From NCBI GenBank assembly GCA_037442105.1, contig JBBIQV010000006.1:1-64000 (forward strand): a stretch of DNA of 64,000 nucleotides, written 5' to 3'. This document shows, one piece after another, positions 39,601-46,915 of this stretch; position 1 is the first letter of the stretch, and every line of letters starts with the position of its first letter. Made by a program: the position numbers and the translations under genes. Origin of the DNA: Nitrospiraceae bacterium (GTDB lineage: Bacteria; Nitrospirota; Nitrospiria; Nitrospirales; Nitrospiraceae). A model generated the notes under the pieces. It saw nothing but the letters and a program-made list of their open reading frames with translations. It did not search any database and had not been told where the DNA came from.

Positions 39601-40779
39601 TTCATAGAGCGGCGTACCGGGGTACGGGGTGATGATGGTCACGCCGATGGTGTCCGGCTTATAGCGTTGAATCAGATCATAGGTCGCGACGATGGATTCG
39701 CGGGTTTCCTGCGGGAGCCCGACGATCAGGAGAAAATGGAGGCGGATGCCCAGTTGCCTGGTCTTCTCGCGGAGGTGAGCCAGTTTCGGGACCGTGAGGC
39801 CCTTTTTCCCTTCACGACGGTGCATGACCTGTTCGTCCCCGGTTTCGACTCCAACGAGAATGCCCACGCACCCGGCCGCCTTCATCCTTTCGAGCACGGC
39901 ATCGCCCAAGCAATCGACCCTCGTTTCGCAGACCCATTCGAGCTGCCATCGAGCTTCGACGATGAGATCGCATAGACGCACGATACGGTCCTGATTCAAG
40001 GTAAACGTGGCGTCACGGAAGTAGATCTTCCGAGTTCCCAATTCTTCGACGATCTGTTTCAGTTCCGCTGCAATCCGCTCGGGCGACTGAGGCCGCCACT
40101 TGACTCCTTCGACCAGCGGATAAGGACAATAGTACCCGCAGGGATACGGACAGCCGCGGCTCGTCTGGAGAGTGGCGACCGGCCCGCCGAGCAACGGATA
40201 CCGGTACCGTTCGTTCGGAAGCAGGTCGCGCGCGGGCAACGGAAGTTGGTTCAGATCATGGACCGCCGTCCCCTCCTCGAAGCGATATTGGGAACCGGAC
40301 TCACTTGCCTCGATCCAGGCCGTCCCTTGCCGGCTCCGTCCATGGGCCATGTCGATGATGCTCAGGTCGGCTTCCCCATGAATGGCGAGATCGATACAAC
40401 TCTTCCGCAACAGCGGTTCGAGAACAGCCTGCGCGCGGATCAGGGTCTTTGCAAAGATACGAGCTTGGGGATGCCGCGACCGGAGCTGCGCCAGAAACTC
40501 AACGTCATGTTCGAGGGACGGCAAGGAGACGGTTCCGACCAGCAGATCCCAGGAACGGCCGGCCAAGCGATTGCAGACGCCTTGCGCGTCCAGCCCCAGA
40601 GGATCCGCATCGATCAGCTCGACCTCCTCTCCCGCTTGGCGCAAGGTGGCCGCCATGATCGCCAGATCGAGCGGCGGAAGGACCATCCCGTCATGCCCGT
40701 CGAATCCTAATCCGCCGGCCATGCTGCGGCTGACCGGTCTCGTGTGAAGTGAAGGGCTGTTGATCAGCGCGATACGCAT
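36637..40779 (-). CDS. B12-binding radical SAM + GT2 + GT2 + TPR fusion protein
   Basis: PPLDLAIMAA..., SRGCPYPCGYYC, FRDATF, GVETG, TPYPGT; SVVIPAYN..VDDGS; SIIIPVFN..VDNAS..FLNND; TPR-like C-terminus. Confidence 0.9.
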   Translation of the reverse strand: MRIALINSPSLHTRPVSRSMAGGLGFDGHDGMVLPPLDLAIMAATLRQAGEEVELIDADPLGLDAQGVCNRLAGRSWDLLVGTVSLPSLEHDVEFLAQLRSRHPQARIFAKTLIRAQAVLEPLLRKSCIDLAIHGEADLSIIDMAHGRSRQGTAWIEASESGSQYRFEEGTAVHDLNQLPLPARDLLPNERYRYPLLGGPVATLQTSRGCPYPCGYYCPYPLVEGVKWRPQSPERIAAELKQIVEELGTRKIYFRDATFTLNQDRIVRLCDLIVEARWQLEWVCETRVDCLGDAVLERMKAAGCVGILVGVETGDEQVMHRREGKKGLTVPKLAHLREKTRQLGIRLHFLLIVGLPQETRESIVATYDLIQRYKPDTIGVTIITPYPGTPLYEEGIRQGWIESLQWKDYGGHQVPMHSPNMSREDMVAGKRFLEEGFAILQRRQAGDHSQPVEAFAQQHYEQLLRWAYRLDAPLAQLRRLVSQAPRTPVVAHPQPSAKAAVSALPLSVVIPAYNRRAILRKTLLALESQTIPPEQFEVIVVDDGSSDDTMAMLKQFKASFTLKALSQPHQGANAARNLAIREASGEIVLITGDDMIPEPAFLEAHLKFHRQHSSELDAMLGFIDWSPEIRITPFMHFIVSPEGGQQFAFHVVREGKADFRLFYTSNISLKRSLLLEQTTLFDQDFTYPAYDDTELGYRLARQGMQIHYNPMAVTRHHHEITVEGFVHRQRKAGHMAVILARKHPELDGMVLGLQDILHNRGRYTEEHVRGLLEAISELQKPDLGRLGVVRLNNQGYDHFYTRNILYPLYNALLQAAYAWGVCEAAAAHLQAQPVGQEAGAGKQIVASIIIPVFNKLDLTKQCLVKLAEVTHGVEYEVIIVDNASSDGTAEFLSQLGGDVQIIRNSENLGFAKGCNQGAKAAKGRYLVFLNNDTIPLDGWLQAMVEEVEQHPDVAVVGSKLLYEDGTIQHAGVGFSRIFFTPYHLYRMARADMPAVNYRREFQCVTGACMLIRREVFEKVGGFDEGYRNGFEDVDLCLKVGEEGWKIVYQPTSVVYHLESQTQGRKAHDQENAQRFLQRWTHKWWITDEDALYFADGYACHVRTENGMLHNDVRRLTEPDREQWRLVAEAQQAAQRQDFATVKHLLAQAKNWPSDAWVLRWGALVCRRAGVPELAMAFWERILSIEEDPDARIALARFVLDQGQFEQADSHVNILLSRNAQHGEGWFLRGIIAMQRQACGEAAIAFERAGQFGADVRKARLGAGMALMGLGQAEPAWERFSGLLKDNPDDVEAIQWLLRAGTALQWWDELQRRLTEYLVRNPGDIGIRFALAGVFLRLDHPAAARKEHDTIKILNPTFDGLAELEQALADKEASLTHSHVV

Positions 40780-42104
40780 ATCGTCTCCCGGGATGTGGTC
40801 GGCAACTGACCAAGGGCAAAGAGCCGTTCTTCCGTCCCCCCTTCGTGTGCGAGGGCGATCACCCGATTCAACCAGACGTAATCCACGTCCTTGACTTTGG
40901 CCTCGGTGGGTGTCCGGCAGGAGCCGTTGTACGGGTCCACGATCGTGAGTCCTTTCTTGTCGAGCTCTTCCGCCATCCCGCTGCCCGGAGTCGGTGTGAA
41001 GAAACTTGTGCTGAGGTGATCAGGTTTAATCTTCCAGACCATCCGGACCGTGTCCATGACTTCTTCTCGCGTTTCTGTCGGTGCGCCGAACATGATGTTG
41101 GCCCAAATCTTGACGCCATACTCTTTGCAGATCTCCGCAGCCTTGAGGTTTTCCTCGACCGTGGTCTCTTTTTCGAACAGATCCAAGATGCGTTGGCTCC
41201 CGCTCTCGAAGCCGATCATAGCCCAGGCCAGCCCGCACTCCGCCATTTGCTTGACGACATCGGGATAGCGACAGATCAGATCGGCGCGCATTTGGCAAAT
41301 GTACGGTTCGGTGAACCCGGCCGCCTTATATTGGGCACAGAACTCCCTCGTCCATCGGTGGTTTATAAAGAACAGGTCGTCGTGCGCCATCCAACTTCGG
41401 AAACGGAACCGGTCCTTCAAGGACCGCAGTTCGCCGATCACGTTCCGCTGGCTGCGCATCTTGACGCGATTGCCGAAGACCGCGCGTTCGGCCGGCTGGC
41501 AGAAGTTGCATTTGAAGGGACAGCCGCGGCCGGCGTTCGTCGTAACGAACGGCGTGGGCAGGCTCGGAACCATCGGGGTCGCCAGTTCCCCGCTCATGTC
41601 GAACAGATCGCGATCTACCCAGGGGATATCGTCCAGTCCCGGCCCTTTACCGATGATGATCCGCTCCGCCTGCTCCCCCGCCGCAAGTTCGTCCAGTAAT
41701 GTGACGAAGCTGATTTCTCCTTCTTGGGTGATGATGTGATCGATGAGGCGGTTGGAGGCAACCTGCTGAGTGTGGATAGTGACGTGGACACCGCCGAAGA
41801 TGATCGTGGCGTCTTCCTGTTCCTCTTTCACGATCCGGATGGCGCGCACGGCATCGGGGTAATGAAGGCTCCAGGAGGTCAGCGCCCACACCTTGTTACG
41901 GCGGCGCCGGACTTCCTCCCGGAAATGGCTCCAGTCGAGAAGCGTCCGCAGATCGATCAAGTCGACGGTATGGCCATGCGCCTTCGCTGAGGCGCTCAAC
42001 GAAGCGAGGCCGTGGTCGATGAAGTTTGCCTCGATCGTGCGTTTCTTACGGAAACTGTCGAACCCGGGCAAGGCGATGCCGGGAAAGATCATGGTCACGT
42101 GCAT
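40764..42104 (-). CDS. Cobalamin-dependent (class B) radical SAM protein
   Basis: GGVHVT, EGE, GRGCPFKCNFC, GFESGSQRIL, TPTPGS. Confidence 0.9.
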   Translation of the reverse strand: MHVTMIFPGIALPGFDSFRKKRTIEANFIDHGLASLSASAKAHGHTVDLIDLRTLLDWSHFREEVRRRRNKVWALTSWSLHYPDAVRAIRIVKEEQEDATIIFGGVHVTIHTQQVASNRLIDHIITQEGEISFVTLLDELAAGEQAERIIIGKGPGLDDIPWVDRDLFDMSGELATPMVPSLPTPFVTTNAGRGCPFKCNFCQPAERAVFGNRVKMRSQRNVIGELRSLKDRFRFRSWMAHDDLFFINHRWTREFCAQYKAAGFTEPYICQMRADLICRYPDVVKQMAECGLAWAMIGFESGSQRILDLFEKETTVEENLKAAEICKEYGVKIWANIMFGAPTETREEVMDTVRMVWKIKPDHLSTSFFTPTPGSGMAEELDKKGLTIVDPYNGSCRTPTEAKVKDVDYVWLNRVIALAHEGGTEERLFALGQLPTTSRETICVSR

Positions 42105-43150
42105 GCGAGGGCTCCTGCCCGCTGCTGAATGGCGTGAAGCAGTGCGGGAAGCTGACCGCTGGCGTGGTACCACGCCAGAGTCGCTGCCAACCCACGCGCC
42201 AGCGACCAGCGGCCATAGGCACCGATTTCCGCCCTCAGCTTGGCATTGTCGTAGGATCGGTGGCATTGCTCCGGGGTTCCCATCAAGGCATAGGCAAAGT
42301 CCGGAGCGATCGGGAGAGGGCGAGCTGCATCCGGTTGCGAGGGCGACTGCAAGAGCTCGAAGCAGTCCGTCAACTGCGTCAGACGCGCCAGGGTTTCCAG
42401 ATACTGGCCGATGGTGACCGATTCCTCCCCTGTGATGTTGTAGAGGCCGGTCAGTCGGCTTTCGACCACGCGCACGAGTCCTTCAACCAAGTCGTCGATG
42501 TACAAAGGTTGAAACCGGCGGTGGCAAAGTTGCGACCAGATCCGGCGAATAGGCGTCGCTCCCAGCAACGCCATGAGCGAGGGATGAAGAAACCAGGCGC
42601 TGCCTGGCCCGTAAATATTGCCGATGCGCAGGATCAGAGCGAGGTGTCCGGACGCTGCGCCCCACGCCGCCGTCAGCTCCTCTGCCTTGACTTTAGATCG
42701 GCCGTAATCCGACACGGGCCGGCAGGGCATCTCTTCGCGGAGCGGAATCTCCTGGTCCGCTCCCAACCCTTGCGCCTCGATGCTGCTCGCACACACGAAA
42801 TAAGGAGCCTTGAACGCGTCGGCCCATTGCAAGGCCCGCTTGGTGCCGCCGACATTGGTCGCCCAAACGGAAGGCCCGCTCACGGAGACATCGGCGGCGA
42901 GGTGAAGGAACACATCGGCCTGTTCGGGAGACGGGAGCAAGGGCTTCTGATCCTGGGCAGCCAGATCGCAGGCGATGATCCGGGCGCCTCGTGTTGCCAG
43001 TTCGGCCGCGCGGGGTGTTGAAACGTGACGCGTCAGAATCGTTACGCGGGCTCCCATACTCAAAAGCTTGGCGCTGACGCGCGAGCCGATAAAGCCGGCC
43101 CCGCCCGTCACGATGACATGACTGTTGTGGATAGGCTTGCGTCGCTCCAT
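42095..43150 (-). CDS. NAD-dependent epimerase/dehydratase
   Basis: VTGGAGFIG, HLAA, YGRSK (YxxxK), NIYGPG; start at MERRK with GGAGG. Confidence 0.9.
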   Translation of the reverse strand: MERRKPIHNSHVIVTGGAGFIGSRVSAKLLSMGARVTILTRHVSTPRAAELATRGARIIACDLAAQDQKPLLPSPEQADVFLHLAADVSVSGPSVWATNVGGTKRALQWADAFKAPYFVCASSIEAQGLGADQEIPLREEMPCRPVSDYGRSKVKAEELTAAWGAASGHLALILRIGNIYGPGSAWFLHPSLMALLGATPIRRIWSQLCHRRFQPLYIDDLVEGLVRVVESRLTGLYNITGEESVTIGQYLETLARLTQLTDCFELLQSPSQPDAARPLPIAPDFAYALMGTPEQCHRSYDNAKLRAEIGAYGRWSLARGLAATLAWYHASGQLPALLHAIQQRAGALACT

Positions 43151-43180
43151 CCGCTTCCCTCCCGGTCGAGAACAGGACTT

Positions 43181-43197
43181 AGCAAGGGATACGCCAA
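43181..43197 (-). promoter_or_regulatory. Putative sigma-54 promoter of the glycosylation operon
   Basis: TTGGCGTATCCCTTGCT (GG-N10-GC), 30 nt upstream of the ATG. Confidence 0.6.
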
Positions 43198-43344
43198 GCC
43201 GGCACACGAGAAAAAGCGGCGAAGAGCGGGGCGATTTCCGACGCCGTTGGCTCGCGAGGCTCGTTGGCGCGGCAAGAATTGCCTGGAGCCTGGCCGACAT
43301 TGCCGTTCGTGACCGAGGCGAAGGAGGCGCGGAGACCGGCATTC

Positions 43345-44070
43345 TTATCCGTGGGGCCGGTCCCCCGCACTCTGCCTTTGCAGGACGCAATATTCGAGAG
43401 CCTTCTGCACAGTCCCACCCCACCCGCGATACTCGATATACTCCAGGCCAGTGAACCGGAATTCGACGCCAACCAGATAGTTCGGAGCCTGTTCCTGGAG
43501 ATTCTTCACAACCCCGCTGAGGTTCGTCACATGACCCAGACCCGGCAGTTCGAACTCCATCTTCACTTCCAGGCCCGGACGGATACCGGGAACCAACTGG
43601 GACAGCACAACGCTGCACCCGCCGATGCTGAGGTCCTGCAGAAGTCCACCGAGAAGGTCGTTGCTGGACGGCCGGTCTGTTTGCGCCGCACTGTTGACCT
43701 GTAGCAGCAACATGGGTTCGTTGCTGGGCACACGGACATGTTTGCGAAGGTGAACTTCCTCGACCGTCTTGGGAAACGACAGGAACAAGAGGGGCACCGG
43801 AGTCACGAGAACCTCCCGCACCTCGCTGCGATAGCCGATCAATTTTCCTGCATAGACATAGCTGACTAAGCATTGAGTGCCCGCTGTGCACCCGATTTCA
43901 TGCCGTATCTGGGACGGCCACTCGCAGATCAGCCAGGCATTCTCTTTCCAGCCTAACAAGGTCGATCCGCATTGCACCTTGCCCTGCCCGGTCTGAATGG
44001 TGAGCTTCAACGGGAGCCCGACCGACAGGAACGATGCGGAGGAGGAACTCGGAGGGGCATCGTGACTCAT
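43345..44070 (-). CDS. PilZ-domain flagellar brake-like (YcgR/PilZN-PilZ) protein
   Basis: RKHVR and DLSIGG. Confidence 0.87.
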   Translation of the reverse strand: MSHDAPPSSSSASFLSVGLPLKLTIQTGQGKVQCGSTLLGWKENAWLICEWPSQIRHEIGCTAGTQCLVSYVYAGKLIGYRSEVREVLVTPVPLLFLSFPKTVEEVHLRKHVRVPSNEPMLLLQVNSAAQTDRPSSNDLLGGLLQDLSIGGCSVVLSQLVPGIRPGLEVKMEFELPGLGHVTNLSGVVKNLQEQAPNYLVGVEFRFTGLEYIEYRGWGGTVQKALEYCVLQRQSAGDRPHG

Positions 44071-45305
44071 ATCAGCTCCTTATCGAGGTAGACGCTGGGG
44101 TTGATGCCGAGCGTCAGAGGATTGAGTGCCGACTGGATGCTCCGATGCGGCCTGCGGACCTGGGTTGACAGGTCCAGTTCCTCCGGTTTGGAGAGAAGAG
44201 TGTTGCCGGCGCTTTTGACGATGATAACGTGCGGTTCGAGGGGCTTATCATGGTTCAACTTGCGCACAATCGCTGTTTCGCCTGTGTTGAGACCGACGCA
44301 GGAACCGACAGGATAGACCCCGACGATCTGGATGAATCGCTGCACTAAACGACTGTCTACGTGACCGCGTTGCCCGAGCTGATAGAGAAACTGCAAGGCT
44401 TCATGGGGCGGCTTGGCCTTGTGATAACAGCGGTCGCTCGTGACCGCATCGTAAATATCCACGACCGCCGCAATGAGCCCGTATTCGCTCAGATCGCTTT
44501 TCTTGCGCCGATGGGGATAGCCCGTACCGTCCACCCGTTCATGATGTTCGAGCGTCGGTTTGAAGAACGGTTCGTCGAGGCCGGTCGTGGTGGACAAGAT
44601 CTCCACGCCGTGCATGACGTGCTGTTGCATGATTTCAAACTCTTTGGCTTCGAACCGCCCCGGCTTATTCAAAATCTCCAGAGGAATTTTGGTCTTGCCG
44701 ATATCATGCAGCAATGTCCCCACTCCGAGCTGGTGCAGGCCGCCGCGATCGAAACCAAGATTCCGGCCGAGCGCCAGAGCGAGGAGCGAGGTATTGACCG
44801 AGTGGTAGAAGGTGTACTCATCGAACCGTTTGACGCGTGAGAGGCTCGTAAGGGCGTCGGGATTGCGCAAGACACTGTCCGCCATACCAGCGACAACCGA
44901 GTTGACCGCCTCCATGTTGATGTCGCGTCCCATGCGTACATCCAACATGGCATCTTCGATGATATGTTTAGCGGCCTTATAGACCTGCCGGGCCGTCGTC
45001 AATTCTTCTTCGAACGACGTGGCGGGAAACTCCCGGCTCGGTTCCGGTTCAGGCGGCTGGTCAATTACAGGCTGATCGGAAATGGCCTCCGGCGGAGGGA
45101 CCCATGCTGTGTCCGCCCCCGAATGTTCTTCGGGCCCGTCGTCTACCTCGAGGATTTTGACGCCGCAGGCACGGAGAGCGTCGATCTGCCGATGTTCCGT
45201 GATCAACATGCGGTGGCGTAGAAATGGTGTCTCCACCCATGACTTATCCATCTGCATGATTCGCATCCCGACACGGAGATCTTCGATGGAGATTCGTTTT
45301 CGCAT
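44067..45305 (-). CDS. HD-GYP c-di-GMP phosphodiesterase with DUF3391-like N-terminus
   Basis: DEYTFYHS, LLHDIGK, HHERVDGTGYP, VDIYDA, DRCY. Confidence 0.93.
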   Translation of the reverse strand: MRKRISIEDLRVGMRIMQMDKSWVETPFLRHRMLITEHRQIDALRACGVKILEVDDGPEEHSGADTAWVPPPEAISDQPVIDQPPEPEPSREFPATSFEEELTTARQVYKAAKHIIEDAMLDVRMGRDINMEAVNSVVAGMADSVLRNPDALTSLSRVKRFDEYTFYHSVNTSLLALALGRNLGFDRGGLHQLGVGTLLHDIGKTKIPLEILNKPGRFEAKEFEIMQQHVMHGVEILSTTTGLDEPFFKPTLEHHERVDGTGYPHRRKKSDLSEYGLIAAVVDIYDAVTSDRCYHKAKPPHEALQFLYQLGQRGHVDSRLVQRFIQIVGVYPVGSCVGLNTGETAIVRKLNHDKPLEPHVIIVKSAGNTLLSKPEELDLSTQVRRPHRSIQSALNPLTLGINPSVYLDKELI

Positions 45306-45370
45306 GGTCGAATACCGTCTGAAACCGGAGCCATATTGCTGCATCAGGCAACAACAGGCTCTGACGAGTT

Positions 45371-45397
45371 CTATCGGCGTCCGGATCGAGAACTTGA
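45371..45397 (-). promoter_or_regulatory. Sigma-28 promoter (HD-GYP/PilZ operon)
   Basis: TCAA(GTT)-N15-GCCGATAG. Confidence 0.72.
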
Positions 45398-45408
45398 GCC
45401 GCGAAATC

Positions 45409-45475
45409 AGCGAATAGCCAATAGCCAGCAGCGAGTAGCTCAGAGCCATTCGCTATCAGCTATTCGCTATTCGCT
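45409..45475. repeat. Heptamer inverted hairpin (AGCGAAT/ATTCGCT)
   Basis: AGCGAAT AGCCAAT AGCCAGC AGCGAGT ... GCCATTC GCTATCA GCTATTC GCTATTC. Confidence 0.85.
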
Positions 45476-45521
45476 CCCCGGCAGTTGCAGCAGAAGCGTT
45501 CATGGATCATGCGCGAAGTCG

Positions 45522-45549
45522 TCAAGTTGCGTGGTTATCAGGCCGATAT
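45522..45549 (+). promoter_or_regulatory. Sigma-28 promoter (HD-GYP/kinase operon)
   Basis: TCAA(GTT)-N16-GCCGATAT. Confidence 0.65.
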
Positions 45550-45634
45550 GGCAATTGCGCGCAACCTGTCCCATCGGATCACCCCTCCCCCTTGAAGGGG
45601 GTGGGCTAGCGCGCCTTATTCACGAGGAATTGAC

Positions 45635-46915
45635 GTGAAAACAGGCAAACAGATTCGAGTCGAGCAACTCAAGCCGGGCATGTTTGTGATCGGCATGGAT
45701 CAACCCTGGTACAAGACCCCCTATTTCCTTCACAAGCGCGTGATCAAATCCAAGGAGGAGATCGCAGAACTCATGCGCCACGGGATCCGAGAAGTGGTGA
45801 TCGATCCCGCGCGGGGCATCGATCTCGCAGAAGGGCCGGCGGAGGAATCTTCCGCTTCGCTTGCCGCGCCGGCCACGCCGGGATCCGGCAGCGATCCCTC
45901 CCCGCTCGATCTGCCGCCGGACAGGGCGCAGCCGAGCGAAACCGATGGCCACCGGTCCTGCTCGGCACAATCTGTCTATGAGGAAGCGGAAACGGCGACG
46001 GAACGGATCTTTGAAGACCTGAATGCCGGGCGAGTGCCGTCAGCACCGGTCCTCAAGAGCATCGTTGCGGGAGTTCTCGATCGAATTCTCCAGGATCGCG
46101 CGGCGATGGTGACGCAGGTCTTGATGCAGCAGATGCGGCGGTTCGACCGCGGATTAGGCAGCCATGCCATCGACACCTGTGTCCTGTCGCTGGTTTTCGC
46201 GTCGGAATACGGGGTGTATCAAGAAGAGCTGGAACACGTAGGCATCGGCGCCCTGCTGCACGATGTGGGCTACTTGCGGCTACCACGGCATCTCTATCGG
46301 AAGCGACAACCGTTGACTCAGCAGGAGCAGGATCTCATGCAACAGCACCCTCGACTCGGGCTGGCGGTCTTGTCGGCTGCCAAGGATTTGCCCGAAACAG
46401 TGCGCCGGATCGTGGTGGAGCACCATGAGCGCATCGATGGCTCGGGGTTCCCGGCAGGGCTGAGTGGGTCCGCACTCTCCTCGCTCGGCCAGATCGTCGG
46501 ATTGGTTGATACTTACCATACACTCACCGGGCATCAGGCTGGACGCCCCCCCCTCTCACCATTTGAAGCGGTTCGGTCCTTGTTCATACTGGGTGAGAAG
46601 CGCCACTTCGACAAAGCGCTGGTCGAAGTCGCCATCAAATGCTTGGGAATCTATCCGATCGGCAGCGTCGTGAAGCTCAATACAGGGGAACGGGCGATCG
46701 TTGTGGGAGTTCACCCGGAACACCGGCTGAAGCCTATTCTTAAGGTCATCTCAGGCCCGCGCGGCGAACCCTATACAAGTCCGATCCAGGTCGATCTTGC
46801 GCAGGCCGAGCAGACTGAACCGACACGGACTATCCTGGGTTCGTTGGATCCGGTGGCGGAACAGATCAACATCGCGATGTACTTGGATACGACCAGGCTG
46901 GAGGGTGCAGCGTGA
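45635..46915 (+). CDS. HD-GYP-family protein, partly degenerate
   Basis: LLHDVG, HHERIDGSGFP, YPIGSVVKLNTGE. Confidence 0.88.
   Translation: MKTGKQIRVEQLKPGMFVIGMDQPWYKTPYFLHKRVIKSKEEIAELMRHGIREVVIDPARGIDLAEGPAEESSASLAAPATPGSGSDPSPLDLPPDRAQPSETDGHRSCSAQSVYEEAETATERIFEDLNAGRVPSAPVLKSIVAGVLDRILQDRAAMVTQVLMQQMRRFDRGLGSHAIDTCVLSLVFASEYGVYQEELEHVGIGALLHDVGYLRLPRHLYRKRQPLTQQEQDLMQQHPRLGLAVLSAAKDLPETVRRIVVEHHERIDGSGFPAGLSGSALSSLGQIVGLVDTYHTLTGHQAGRPPLSPFEAVRSLFILGEKRHFDKALVEVAIKCLGIYPIGSVVKLNTGERAIVVGVHPEHRLKPILKVISGPRGEPYTSPIQVDLAQAEQTEPTRTILGSLDPVAEQINIAMYLDTTRLEGAA

Noticed and set aside
43151..43891. N-terminal extension of the 598-aa epimerase ORF
   Set aside because: Overlaps the PilZ gene and a promoter motif; the Rossmann motif and RBS support a start at 43150.
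45306..45449. Upstream in-frame extension of HD-GYP (MALSYSLLAIGYSL...)
   Set aside because: It translates the heptamer repeat and spans the sigma-28 motif; the likely start is 45305.
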